A DNA stretch of 64,000 nt from the human T2T-CHM13v2.0 reference genome, Homo sapiens: NCBI RefSeq assembly GCF_009914755.1, contig NC_060925.1. One strand, written 5' to 3'. Both the position numbers and the translations under genes were made by a program. Under the pieces are notes generated by a model. The model was given only the letters and a program-made list of their open reading frames with translations. It had not been told where the DNA came from and searched no databases. This document shows positions 27,072 to 43,030 of this stretch, piece by piece (within the stretch, counting starts at the first letter, position 1; every line of letters begins with the position of its first letter).

Positions 27072-28814
27072 GAGAAGGTAGGCTGAGTTTGAATACCATC
27101 CCTGCCACTCACTAGCTGTGTGATCTTAGGTGACTTAACCAATTTGAGCCTGTTTCCTCATCTGTAAAAAATGGGGATAATAATAGTATATGTATATCAG
27201 GACTCTTGTGAGGATTATGTGTAATAATGAAAGTAATATGCTTAGCACTGTCCCTGACACATTGAAAACATTCAATGAATCCTTCCAGCTATCACTGGAA
27301 AGGCTGGTACAATATCAGCCACTAAATAAGCACTGAACCCAGCTTAAGAATTCCTCCTCAGGCTTAAAACTTCATAAGGCTTTGAATTCATAAGCAGTGA
27401 GAATGAAGGTTGTCACTGTGGCGTGACATCTATAATTAACAGCTTCTGAAATTAAGCCAGATTCCTAAAAAATACAACATAAAGGGTCTTCAGAAACGCC
27501 TCTCCCTATAGTATGCTTGATGTAAATCCCCACGTGTACAAAGGCCATGTGTCTCTTTAAAGTTCAGGGGATGTCGAGGAGGTACCTCCTTCACACCTTC
27601 CACTGCTGAAGGATACTGAAGAGCTTGGAGTTGCTGAAGTCACCCAGGCATCTGGGCTAATGGATTGACAGACAAAAGAGGAGCCCATCATTCAATAATT
27701 AATTAGTTGCAATCATGGGAAGACAACGTCCCCCAGAGCAGATAGGACAGCCACCTCCTCCAACCTGGTAGTTTCAAAGCACCCAGGCCCTGGCTGCTCT
27801 CAAACCTCTTTATCCAATGTTTCCCCTCAGGGTCTAGCTGAGCAGTTACACTGGCTGACATTCTCTTAAGAAAGCCCAAGAGGAAATGTGCAGAAAAGAC
27901 AATTTTCAGACCTTGTCTCACAGTCCTGCAGGCCCTGGGACAGGGTATCCAGGGATGTAGGTCTGGTCTAGCTGTATCCCTGTCTCGATAATATAGGAGA
28001 CAAGGGTCAAGATCCTATCTCTCTGTGAACCATGAATCCTGGGAACGCCGTCAGTTCAATCAAACCCTGCAAAGTTGAATGAGATCATCTCTGGGAGAAT
28101 TAGTATTTAGCAGAGGCTGCGGCTGGGGGTTGTGGAGAGCTGCTGCTGCCCTTTAGAAGCCCTTCCATTCCCCATCCCCTTCTCAGAAGAGAACCCACCA
28201 CCTCCTCTCACCCAGGGGTAGGTACCCTTACCCTGATGCCCAGAAAAAGGACGACGCCCCCCCACCACAATTTTCACTCCTATCTCCAATTTCCTAAACA
28301 AAACCATCACAGCCAGGTACAGTGTCCACACACTCGAATGGAGCACCACCCCAGGCAGCCCCAGGGCAGGGGTTTCTCTCCCATCACCCTGGCCAGGCCC
28401 TGGTTCCAGCTGGTAGGCAGAGTGAAAAGGGGGTGTGTGCACGGGAGGCTGGAGGGGAACAGGGACCGCCAGGGCCCCAAGTCCTCCGGAGGTGAGGAGA
28501 GGCTGGGTCCCCGCACCTGGGGTCACTAGCTGGGAGATAAAAACCAAGGCAGGTGGGGGTTCCTTCCAGGAAAGAGCCACACGGTGTCTCTCCCCTTCTC
28601 ACCATTTCTCATTGATCAACCTTCTGTCTTCCCGTTCTCTCCCTTCCATCCCTCCCCTCCCTCTTTGTTTGCCTTCTCCTCGCCTCCGCGTTTGAGCACC
28701 CAGCCCTCCCCACGAGCGCGACTCGGACGCCGCAGTCAGCAGCTCGGGGACCCTGGCCCCGCGCCCGCCACCCGGCCCCCTGCCCTGACCGGCCCTCCCG
28801 GCTCCTGGTCTCAC

Positions 28815-28883
28815 CCAGAAGAGCAGGTTGAAGCCAAGCAGCAGGTACTTGATGCACCGCAGGCCCCCGCGGAAGCGCCCCAT
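28815..28883 (-). CDS. TSPAN2: Tetraspanin-2, coding part of exon 1 (MGRFRGGLRCIKYLLLGFNLLFW)
   Basis: ATG at 28883-28881 in strong Kozak context (AGCATGG); 23 codons with the tetraspanin N-terminal/TM1 motif (CIKYLLLGFNLLFW, CD9/CD81-like); followed by donor GTGAGA; lies in a CpG island. Confidence 0.97.
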
Positions 28884-29483
28884 GCTGCGGCCCGGCGGCG
28901 GGATCCCCAGTCCCCAGGCCCGCGCTACGAGCGCGGGGAGCGGCAGGCTCCGGCGGGGAGGGGGCGGAGCGGGGAGGACCGGGGCGGGGCCTCCGGGGGG
29001 CGGGGCGGGGCCCGGCGGGGAGGGGCGCGTGGACCCCAAGCGGCGTGGCTGGCGACGGGTGGGGGCGCCAGGGGGTGGAGATCGAGCAGCCCGAGGGAGC
29101 ACGTTCGCTCTTCTCCCGGACCCAGGGACCACCTTCCTTCCCTCCAGTGGGCGCACCGCCGCCGGCTATCGGAGCACCTGCAGGGCGGGAGCGCCCACCG
29201 GGGACTGGGGACCCATTTAATCAGCGCCCTGTGCGGAGACCGGTTTGAGGCCCGGGCGATGCTTGAGGGATAAGCACTTGGTCTCGTGGCTATGGAAATC
29301 TAGGAAGGTGACCTCGGGTAGAAGAGCTAAGTGGGGTCGGAGGTTGCCCCGAAGCTGGCAGGACCCGTCGCGGGGCACCTGACTGAGTGTCCAGGGCTGC
29401 GGCTCCGCGGCGCGGAGCAAGCACACAAGCAGCTTCTAGGGGACCCTCCCTCCGGCCCCTCCCCCCTCCTCGGGGGACTCTTA

Positions 29484-29493
29484 CCTTAATAGG
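29484..29493. promoter_or_regulatory. Consensus CArG box (CCTTAATAGG), candidate SRF site ~600 bp upstream of the TSPAN2 ATG
   Basis: Exact CC(A/T)6GG in an otherwise GC-rich promoter edge. Confidence 0.6.
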
Positions 29494-30499
29494 CAAGAAC
29501 TGAGAGAGGGTGCGGGAGGCGGCGCCCTGAGTCCTGTGGGCTGCCCTCAACCCAGCCGGCCAGTGGAGGGAGTCTGACTTCTCATGTCCTGCCGGGTTCC
29601 ACTGATCGGAGGGCTTGGAAGGATCCCAAATTTTCGGGATCTTAATTATGATGTGGAGATGGGAGAAAGGGGAAGGGGGCGGTTTTTGTTTTGCTTTGTT
29701 TTTATTAAGTTAGGCTGTTGGCAGGAAAATCAGACTCCCACTTCCATTGACTAAGTGTCTACAATATGTGGTGTCAGACAGTATGGGGGAGACAAGAAAG
29801 CAAAATTCGGAGAGCTTATGCATAAATTCAGCAAAACTTTGAGTGCCTATTATAGGCCAGACATAGTAGCAAGCCCCAGGGACTCAACAATGAGGAGACA
29901 GCCAGGCCCAGAACCACAGTCTCTGGTGTTGGAGACAGATCTGTAAGCAAATAGGGTGAGGAGAGAAGGGCTGGGTGCTAGACAGGTGTGCCTGGCCTGA
30001 CTGCCTTAACCAGAAAAGGCATTGCTAAGGAGAGGGGCCTGATCTGGTCTAGAAGACGGAGCCCAGGCGGAAAAGATCAGTCCAGGAAGACAGCATGCGC
30101 AAAAGCACAGGGCTGGAGAGAACAAGGCCTCCAAGGGAGTTCTGAGAACCGCAGTTAGCCCGAGTGAAGCCTGGTGGGGGCGGAGTGAGTCAGGAAGGCA
30201 GGAGGCCAAATCACAGCTTTCAGTCGGCTGACCAATGTGCCAAACTGTCATCGGCCCCGAGTGTCCCCACGTGCAACATGGAGGTAATAGTACTCCCCTC
30301 ATAGAGTTGTGAAGATAAATGAGTTAGTATTTGTGAAGTGCCTAGAACAGTGCCTGGCACAGATTAAGTACTGCGTAAGGGTTAGTATTATTGTATCACA
30401 CTCTTATCAGTCAACCATTCAGTTTCTACCATGTTGCCATCTTTGCCTACCTCTGTGTCTTTGGACATTTGTTTGAATATCGACTCATTTATAAAAACG

Positions 30500-30685
30500 A
30501 GTCAAAGACAGAAAAATGAAAGTGCTGATTCTAGTAATAAACATGTCTCCAACAATGAAATAAAGACAAAGATGGAAGTCATTAGGTATGCAGAGAGAAG
30601 TGAATCATTAGCTTCAATCAAACACTTATAGTTCTATATCTGTCACCTCTGTTTTAGTATAAAGGAAAAGAACTAAGTTAAAGAG
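30500..30685 (+). mobile_element. Tigger/pogo-family transposase relic (N-terminal HTH)
   Basis: Translates to KTKMEVIRYAERSESLASIKHL, resembling the CENP-B/Tigger N-terminal HTH; stop codon follows immediately. Confidence 0.5.
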
Positions 30686-31322
30686 TAGTGTCTGGTACAT
30701 AGAAGGCGTTCAATAAATCAACTGAATGAACAATGATATTATACTTTAAATATATCGTTGAATTTTACATCTCTAAGACAAAATATGTCTAGAGATTATA
30801 TAGAGGGAAGAGAACCCCTATTGTAACATATACATCTATTGTTTGTTTTTTTCATGCTACGATTTTAGCACACATGTATTAGAGACAGATGGTGGTTGCC
30901 TGTCCAACATAACAGTTTCAGATCTTTAGTATAGACTTGCCCAGTCGCCCTTTCACAAAGTTGTATGTCTTAAGGGAAGCTGACCCTTGAGAGGAATAGG
31001 CGAAGGTAATCCCATTTCCCTTGTAGTTAGTTCAGGAAACAAATTGACAAGCATCCTGACTAATGGGATGGGAGTGGTGTCTACTGAGGGGCCAGATGGT
31101 CTTCTTCCTCTTGAAGCTGTTGGATCTGGATGGTATACATAGAGTTGCTATATCCATCTTCATACCAGCCTGAGGAGAGATCCAACATTGAAAACAGCAA
31201 AGCAGGAAGTTGAAAAAACCAGAGTCATAGGTGATATTACGCCATAACTGAGTTAGCCATTTCTGAAGCCAATTGAGGTTTAGGTTTTTGTGTACATGTA
31301 TGTGTATGTGTGTGGACGCATG

Positions 31323-31685
31323 TGTGTTAGTCCATTCTTGTGTTGCTACAAAGTAGTACCTGAGACTGGGTAATCTCTAAAGAAAAGAGATTTAATTGGC
31401 TCACAGTTATGCAGGCTGTACAGGAAGCATAGTGCTGACATCTGCTTCTGGTGAGGCCTCAGGAAGCTTTCAGTTGTGGTGGAAGGTCACAGGGAGCCAG
31501 TGTGTACACAGCGAGAGTGGGAGCAAAAGAAGTGGGGAGTTCCACACTCTTTTAAACAACCAGATATCACATGTGAACTCAGAGCAAGAACTCACTCATT
31601 ATAGGGAGGATGGCATCCAGCCATTCATGAAGGATCCACTCCGATCCAATACCTCACACAAGGTCCCACTTCCAACATGAGGAAT
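31323..31685 (-). mobile_element. MST-family MaLR solo LTR
   Basis: ttagtccattc...acctgagactgggtaat...ggctcacagtt...caggaagcat; similar to the LTRs at 58.6 and 60.6 kb. Confidence 0.85.
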
Positions 31686-32998
31686 TGCCATCATCAACAT
31701 ATATGTATGTATTGTACCTGAAAGGCATTCCATACATTTTCAAGGGTATATTACTATAAGAAAGTACAGGGCTACATTAAATGACATAATAAGGAAGTTA
31801 GCCTTTAAACTGTCACTGGCATTGCTCCCTTTTCTCTTTTTCCTGTCTTGAACTCAGACATGATGCTTGAAGTGCTAGAACATTTTGTGACTATGAAGAA
31901 AGGGCAAGACAATTGCAGACCTTCCAGCTAGGACATTGTGGAACTGCTGAACCAATACCAGCAGCTACCTAACTCCACATTTCTTATTATATAGGAAAAA
32001 TAACCCTCTTTTTGTTTGACTTTGTGTTGTTACATGTAGCTAAAGATATTCCTGACTGGTAGAGGGAAGACAATACATTCATTTTTGGATCTGCTGAGTT
32101 TTAGATATGGTGGGAAATCCAGATGATGTGGAAATATGATTGGATTCTGGAGAAAGGTTTGGATGGTAAGTTTAGGGTAAAGATTCTTCAGCAAATGGTG
32201 ATAAATAGAAGCCAGTGGTCTTAAAACTGTTGCCCACACATGCCCTAAAATAGTTACAAAAATATTTTCTCTTGCATTTTTTCCCAATATTTTATTATGA
32301 ATATTTTCAAACGTACAAAAAATTTGAAATAGTTGGGCAAGGAGCACCATATACTCACCATCTAGATGCTACAATAAACATTTTGCTTTGGTTGCATTAC
32401 TTATCTATACATCTGTCCATTTCTCAATCTATTTTTTTTTATTTATTTCCAAATAAATTGTAGGCAGTATGTTTCACTCCTAAACTCTTGAGCATGCATA
32501 ACATTACCTAGAGTTCAAATATCTATTTACTATTTTTCTAAAATTTACCCCAATGAAATGTACACATTTTAAGTATATTATTTAATAATTCTTGACAATG
32601 CTTTTGCCTTTCTAACCCCGAATCCTATTAAGATATAGAATATTACTGTCACCCCAGGAAGCTTTCAGGCTTTCATATAACCCTTCCCAGTCAATCTATG
32701 CCCACATCCCTCCTAAAGGCAAACACTGTTCTGATTTTCTTTCACTATAGATTACACTTGCCTGTTTTAAACCTTCATATAAATGGCATTGTATAGTATT
32801 ACCCTCACACATTTTTAAGTTGCAGGTAAAATTATTTATTATAAGTTTGAATATTTTCAGAGATGTCATTTCTGGTGTGTCTTAAATATTGACTTTTAAA
32901 ATCAAATGGCCACATTACTCATTTTAATACATCCAGTAGAAACTGAATGCCAGTATGATCTGCTACCTATTATCATCGATTAAAAAATACATAAACAA

Positions 32999-33331
<333 letters not shown>

Positions 33332-33549
33332 TTAATAGGGTGAAAATTTTAATCTTTCCTTTTGCTCCTTGAACTTGTATTTCCGTTTTACAAAATGTCA
33401 TCCTAAATTAATGCATGTTTATGCTTGAATGATTTTTCTTGAATGTCCTTTTATACTTGTCTGAACAAAATTTACTATGTTTATTAAAAGAAATTAAACT
33501 TTTCCCCTGAGACCATAAGGCTGTAAATGTTAACTAAGTTCTTCTAGAT

Positions 33550-33743
33550 CGGAGGTGTCCAATCTTTTGGCTTACTTGGGCCACATTAGAAGAATAATTG
33601 TCTTGGGACACACATAAAATACACTAGCATTAATGATAGCTGATGAGATAAAAAATCACAAAATACTCATAATGTTTTAAGAAAGTTTATGCATTTTTGT
33701 TGGGCAGCATTCAAAACCATCCGCCACGGGTTGGACAAACTTC
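33550..33743. mobile_element. MER30-like hAT-Charlie element
   Basis: ggtgtccaatc...ttggacaaacttc termini; perfect 8-bp TSD ttctagat (33542-33549 / 33744-33751). Confidence 0.85.
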
Positions 33744-34362
33744 TTCTAGATTAAGTTACTGTTAAAATTATTTTTGGTATCCAAGTGGTTAAAATTGTAT
33801 ACTAAATTTAAAATATAGTTTTAAATAAACAGTCACTAAACTTAAAGGTAAAATATTGCTGGAAATGCATCTCTTAATGATATTGATGGGGTTGGTATTT
33901 TTTTTTCTACTAGTTCATATATCCATGAACGAATATTATTGCTAGAACCACAAAGCTGACCATAAATTCCCTTAATATTTTTCATTGTTTTGATATTAAT
34001 GTTGAAAAACTCTGTTTAGACAAATAAGTAGATAAAGATGGAAGATGTTTTTATAGCAATGACAATCAATTCTTTAAAGCCCCTCTGAATTATGTGCCCC
34101 AATTCACACACTGATACATGCTGATATGGTAATTCCCAGTGTTGGAGGGGGGACCTAGTGGGAGGTATGGATCATGGGAGTGGATCCCTCATAAATGGCT
34201 GGATGGCATTCTCCCTATAATGAGTGAGTTCTTGCTCTGAGTTCACTGTGAGATCTGGTTGTTTAAAAGAACATGGCACCTCCCGCCCTTGCTCCCACTC
34301 TTGCTATTAAACTATTTTTAATGATTAAATCAGCTGAAAATTCCATTTGGCCTTTCTTCAAT

Positions 34363-34660
34363 TTTATTTTTTTATTATAATTTTTTTTTTTTGAGAAAGA
34401 GTCTCACTCTGTTACCCAGGCTGGAGTGCAGTGGCATGACAAAACTCACTGCAACCTCTCTGCCTCCCAGGCTTAAGTGATCCTCCCACCTCAGCCTCCC
34501 AAGTAGCTGGGAGCCATGTACCACCACACCTGGCTAATTTTTGTATTTTTTTTTGGTAGAAATGGGGTTTCACCATGTTGCCTAGGCTGGTTTCAAGTGA
34601 TCCCCCTGCCTCAGCCTCCCAAAGTGCTGGGATTACAGATGTGAGCCACCTCATCTGGCC
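34363..34660 (-). mobile_element. AluJ-type SINE
   Basis: Alu arms; TSD ctttcttcaattttatt. Confidence 0.92.
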
Positions 34661-35404
34661 CTTTCTTCAATTTTATTGAAAGCATAGAGTTGGAACCCTT
34701 CTAACTTACAAAGGCATTTATTACCCATATTATAGTTATCTACTTTCTCAGCACCTACAGCAAGTTTGCAAATTGGTGACCAAGAGATTTCTACAACCTG
34801 GGGAAATATACCCAATTCAGAGTGGGTGAGCGGTAGCTTGTGGAAGATATCTTGATTGTAGGCATATTCCCAGGCAGATTGATTCTAGGAAGGAATACAC
34901 CTGGAAGTTAATGAGTGGGAAACTGATTCTCTTAAAACTGTTCATGTTGGAGCACCTCTGGAAAGAGTTCTTGTATCCCCAGGACATGCATGCCTCAGAG
35001 ATATATGGCTGTCTTAAGCCATGAGAATGGATGATATGCCCAGGAAGAGTGTGAAAAGGGTTGAGAACAGAAACTTTAGAGCAACAACATTTTAAGATGT
35101 GGGCAGAAGAGATGTGACACTTAAAGGAGACTGGTAAGAAATGACCAGAGACATAGGAGAAAAATCAGAAAAAAGTGGCGTCACAGAAGCTGAGTGAGGA
35201 GTTTCTCGATGGAGGCAGTGTCCACAGTGCAAAATGCCTCAGCAGCAGGAGGTGAGAGAAGAGAGCATTGCATGTGGTGACCTAGTACCTTAGGACACTG
35301 ACAACCTCAGTAACAGCCACTGCAGAAGAGTAGGGGTGGACTGGGTAAGCTGGGCCACAACTTAGGAGGGAATGAGCAGTGAGGAAGTCATAACAATTGT
35401 TCTC

Positions 35405-37803
<2,399 letters not shown>

Positions 37804-39523
37804 AACAATTGCTCTTTCAAGAGGCTTAGTTGTGAGTGGTGCAGCAAGATGAGTGGAAGCAAGCTTCTTTTCTTTTTCCTTTTCTTCCTTCCTTTCTTAA
37901 TGGGGAAGATTTAAATGTGTTCATAGTCCTGGGGGAAGGTGCCTGGGGAGAGAGAGGTTGAAGGAGAAGAAAAGCGAGAGCAGTGTTTCTGCAGAAATAG
38001 AATGGGACTGAGAACCAGACACTGATGGGGGCTTGCATTTGGAAACAAGGAAAATAAGCAAGGGTGGAGTTGTAGTACCATTTTGTATTATATGTCTCAT
38101 AACCCTAGTATCTGAACTCTCTGTGATCAGACTTTGCTGCCTGTGGACTTTTCTACGTATTGATTTTAGTGTCTTGTTCCTTGTGTATTATGTGATTTTT
38201 TTAAAGCTGTAAACTGCTTACTTTCCTTGGAAATTTGTGGGAATTCTTTGAGTCCTTAGTTGAGATTTTATTCCTCCAGAGAGGATTTTCTTTGCCTTCT
38301 GCAAATCATCTCAAGGCAGTACCATAGTGTTAATTCAGACAACAAATCCATTTGAAGGCTGGCTTGTGGTGACAAGGTCTCAGGGGAGATTTTCCCCACT
38401 CCAACACCAAGTCCAAAACGTATACATTTCTTTGTCGTCTTTTGCATGATGGGTTTATTTCTTGTCTACTCTTCCCTTGAGGGTGTATCCTTTGGGAGGA
38501 GGTACCAGGTTTGGGTGAGGTCTCCTAATACACTGTCTATATTAATGGCATTTTAGGCTTTACTTCACAAACCCCAAGCGGTTGCAGCTGTCGAAACCGA
38601 AACCCAGGGCAAAAGGTGGCTTTGGTGCCTGCTTACTTCGAGTTCTTGCTTTCACTTCATTTTGGCCTTTGTAGATTCTCTTCCTTTTGTGCTAGCTCAA
38701 CGATGTGGTTTTATTTTTACATTCTTACATATTTTATCCAGGGTCTTAGTTTCAGTCGAGAAGGTAGTTCAGGATATCAAATCTGCCCTACTGCTAGAAA
38801 AGGAAGCCCGGTGTGCCTGCTATCGTAACTTTGGTTTTGATAAGCAAACACGAGCAGTTTTTGACTGCTGGGTTTACAGCATAGGAACCCTGTTGCTATG
38901 CAGCTGTTGTTGGAAAATAGTCTGTGGGCTCAGAGTTTCTAAACCAACCGTCTATTGGATGCCCAGAGAAGGAAGGAAAGCGAGGGCCCTGGCTTGCTGA
39001 TTACAAACCATCTCCATGGTCACAGGTTGCTGGGTGCTCCTTTTACGATGTTTTCCCAGCAGCATGCAGGCAGCAGTAGCTTCCTTTGATCATTTTTCAG
39101 TTTCTGTTATTTGCTAGTGAGAGAAAGTTTATACCTGCTTGTGGGGACATGAGTGAAGAAAGAGAGGGGACTTTGAAACAAGAGAAGAGAGCAAACTCAA
39201 AAGGTAACTGTTTGTTTTCATAGGACCCTATGGGAACAACTAGCCCATTTTTGTTTTCACTCGTGCAGCCAGTTGGGGGAAGGAGAGGAACATAACTCAT
39301 CCAGGTCTGAGGTCTAAGTCTGAATATTTATTGTGCCTCACAGATGATCCCCATTTGAATCATCCAAATTAGGAAAGAGTTTAAAAAATTACTGAGTAAT
39401 AGTCTGGCAGAATTTTAATGTGACTTCTCTTGTTGACTTTAAGGTTTAACAGAGGCCCCAAAGGCTGAGAGCAAAATTGTAGGTACTTAAGTACCTTTAC
39501 ATTCTAAAGCAAGGTGCAAGATT

Positions 39524-39968
39524 GTCTATATTAGTCAGACATTATATATTCATATAAGAGATTTATTATAAGGAGTTGGCTCATGTGATTATGGAGGCTG
39601 ACAGTCCTGAGGTCTGCAGTCAGCAAGCTGGAGACCCAGGAGAGCTAATAGTGGGGTTCTAGTCTGAATGCTGTCAGACTCCAGACCCAAGGAGAGCTGA
39701 TGTTTCAGTTCAAGTCCAAAAACAGGAAAAGATCTATGTCCCAGGTCAAGCACTCAGGAAGGAGTTCCTTTTTACTTGCAAAAGGGTCAACCCTTTTGTC
39801 CTATTCAGGCCTTCAGCTGAGCAGATGAGAGCTGCCCTTTAAGAATGGTAATCTACTTTACTTGGTCTACCAATTTACACCCTCACAGGCATACCCAGAA
39901 TAATGTTTGACCAAATATTTGGGGCCCCCCTGGCCTAGTCAAGTTGACATGTAAAATTAACCATCACA
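39524..39968 (-). mobile_element. MLT2 (ERVL) LTR
   Basis: Reverse complement begins TGTGATGGTTAATTTTACATGTCAACTTGAC, typical of the MLT2 5' end. Confidence 0.85.
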
Positions 39969-42900
39969 GAGAACAAAAGAAATGTAAAACAGGTAGACTA
40001 AATTGAAAACATACAATGAGATGGTAAATTTATACCTAAATATATCAGTAACTTCTGTTGAAAATAATCAAGAAAAAGAGAGATTGCACAAATAACCAAT
40101 GTCAGGAAAAAAAAAAGATTAATAACTCCAGATCTGCAGAGATTTAGATAATAATAGGATAATATAAACAACTGCAAATAAATTTGAAAGGTAGGTAAAA
40201 TGGACTGATTCCTTTGAAAAGTAACATCAGAATGCACTCAATGAAAATTAGAAGTTTGAATAGCCTTGTAAGCATTAAAAAATTGTATATGATCTTTTCA
40301 CAAAAACAAAAAAGTCCAGCCCAGATTGTCCTTCAGTGGTGTGTTCTGCCAAACGTTTAGGTATGAAGTAATTCCAATCTTATGCAAACTCTACCAGAGA
40401 GTAGAAAAAGAGGGAGCATTTAAAAAATACTAAAATTATGAGACTTGTAGCAAGATCTCGAAACCTAAACCTGAAAAAGACAGGACAGTAATGAAAAGGA
40501 AAATTATAGGTCAATTTCACTTATGAACATAGATGCAAAAATCTTCAGCAAAATAATAGTCAACAAAATAGTAATATCTCACTTATTTGTGGGATCTAAA
40601 AATGAAAACAATTGAACTCATGGACCTATAGAGTAGGAGGATAGTTACCAGAGGCTGGGAAAGGGAGTGGGGAGTTGGAGGGGAAGGTAGGAATAGTTAA
40701 TAAGTACAAAAAAATATAGAAAGAATGAAGAAGACCTACTATTTGATAGTACAATAGGGTGACTATAGTCAATAATAACTTAATTGTACATTTTAAAATA
40801 AAGAGTGTAACTGGATCGTTTCTAACTCAAAGAACAAATGCTTGAGGGGATGGACACCCCCTTCTCCATGATGTGCTTATTTCACATTGCATGCCTGTAT
40901 CAAAACATCTCATGTACACCATAAATATATACACCTACTATATACTCTCCCAAATTTAAAAAGGTATGTATTAATACATAGAAAGCCTAATACATCATGA
41001 CTGTATAGGGCAGGAATACAATGTTGATTTACATTTCAATCAGTATAACCTACCACATTAATAAAGGAGAAAAATCTGTGGTCATCTCAGTAGATACAGA
41101 AAAATCTTTTGATAATTCAACATCGATTTGTTGTAAAGATTCTAGGCAACTAGGTATAGATGGGAATTCATTGCTACAAGATAACATTTTGGTGACAAGA
41201 CACATTCCTGCTATCACTACTTCTACTCATCACTGTACCAGAGAGCTCAATAAGAGAAATTAAATGTATAAGGCTTAGAAAGAAAGAAAGAAAGTTGTCA
41301 TTATTTGCAGATGATCTAATTGTGTGTTTATTTTGATTTTCTACATAAAATAATAGGTTACTAGAATTAATAAGAGCGCTTATTAAATTTTCTGATGATA
41401 AAAATAAATGTGAGAATATCTTTTCATTAGATCAGTAATGAATCAGAAACTAAAATTTAAAAGAACATAGCTTAAAATAGCATAAGAAGTATCTATTCTC
41501 TAGAAAAGACATGTAAGAACTTTACAGGGAAAAATTAAAGTCTTTGTTGGGTAATGTTAAGGAAGCTGTTAATGAATGGAGAGATATGCTAAGTTTGAAT
41601 TAGCAAAACCGACATTTAAAAAATGTCAATTCTCTCCAATTTGATGTATAGATTCAAAGCATTTACAATAAAAAATCTTCACAAAGATATTTTTTGTAGG
41701 TTTTTCATGGCAGCATGTGACAAGATGATGCTGAAAAATTTATATGGAAATTCAAAGGATCAAGAATAGCTGAAACATCACTGAAGAAGAACAAAGTGGG
41801 CTGAACTCGCTCTACTAGATATCAAGATTTATAAGCAACTACAGTATTTAGGACAGTGTAGTATCGGCACTGGGAGAGAAAAAAAAAAAAAAAAAAACTA
41901 AAAGGAAAAAGAGCCCAGAGACTGACTTTTGTGTATGTGGACAGTTTGTTTATGATGAAAGTACCACTGCTATGCACTGTGGGAAAATGTCCTCAAAGAA
42001 TGACACTAGGGCAACTGGGTATCCCCATGTAAAAACAATTAACCCTAATCTCACATCACACACAAAAATCAACTCCATTTGGGGTATATACTTAAATGGA
42101 AGGTAAAACTATTAATATAAAGTTTATAGAGAATATTGTTTATTGCTTTTTTGGCCCCGATTCTTCTCTCCTCCCTGTGCCCATGCCCTTTCCCAGGTGA
42201 CTTTGCAGTTCCTCTCATAAAAGGGGCAGATTATGTTTTTCCTCCCTGGACTCTATGTTTGGCTTAAGTCCTTTGGTGGAAGTGACAGTGTGCCATTCTG
42301 GGCCTAGGCCTCAAGGGACCTTGAACATCTCTGCTTGCCCTCTTCCACTTATGCCATCCCCATGAGAAGGATATGCCTGATCCAGCCCACTGACCTTGAC
42401 AGGGAGATGAGAGACACATGGGTAGAGTTCTCTGGTGAAGCTGCCCCAGCCAAACCCAGCCTGGAGCCAAGCCCAGCCAAGATAAAGTGAGCCCATCCTG
42501 GACCAGCTGACCCAGGCACCTGAATGAGAACAAAATAATTTTTGTTTTCCATCATTGAGCTTTGGGTACATTTGTTAGGCAGCAATAAACTAACATCAGA
42601 AGGTAATATAGGAAAATATCTATATGACTTCCAGATAGGCAAATGTGTTTTAAGCTAGTCACAAAAGTACCTGCTCACCATAAAGAAAAAGAGTTTTTAT
42701 GTTAAAATTAAGAATCCTCATTTATCAGAAAATACTGTTAAGAGAGTAAAGAGGCTTGCCATAAAATGGAAGATGATATTTGCAACCATTCAACAAAAAA
42801 CCAGTATCGAGAATATTTTAAAAATTCCTACACAGAATTAAGAAAAGACAGATTATTTTACATTTTATATAAAAGTCCATCCACCTTTTATATGTACCTG

Positions 42901-43030
42901 TTGCACATAAAAATGAGCAAAAAGACTTGAAAGAGTATTTTGCAAAAGAGTAAATCCACCTGGACAATAAACATACGATAATGTTCTCAATCCCAGAAAC
43001 CAGGGAAATGTAGATTAAAGTCAACAACAA
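39969..43030 (+). mobile_element. Old fragmented L1M (ORF2 region) with nested L1 3' end (~40570-40960) and MLT1 LTR (~42145-42595)
   Basis: A-rich strand with degenerate L1 ORF2 motifs (aacatagatgcaaaaatc, tcattatttgcagatga, tatagattcaa). Confidence 0.75.

Larger units (their letters stand above)
28670..29530. promoter_or_regulatory. CpG island / GC-box promoter of TSPAN2
   Basis: Very GC- and CpG-rich against a CpG-depleted background; repeated GGGGCGGGGC Sp/KLF boxes at ~28981-29011; spans the ATG and exon 1. Confidence 0.9.

Noticed and set aside
28584-29273. Long overlapping ORFs at the promoter (229 aa +, 185 aa -, 130 aa +)
   Set aside because: Low-complexity G/P/R/A-rich translations expected from a stop-poor CpG island; only the 23 codons of TSPAN2 exon 1 are supported
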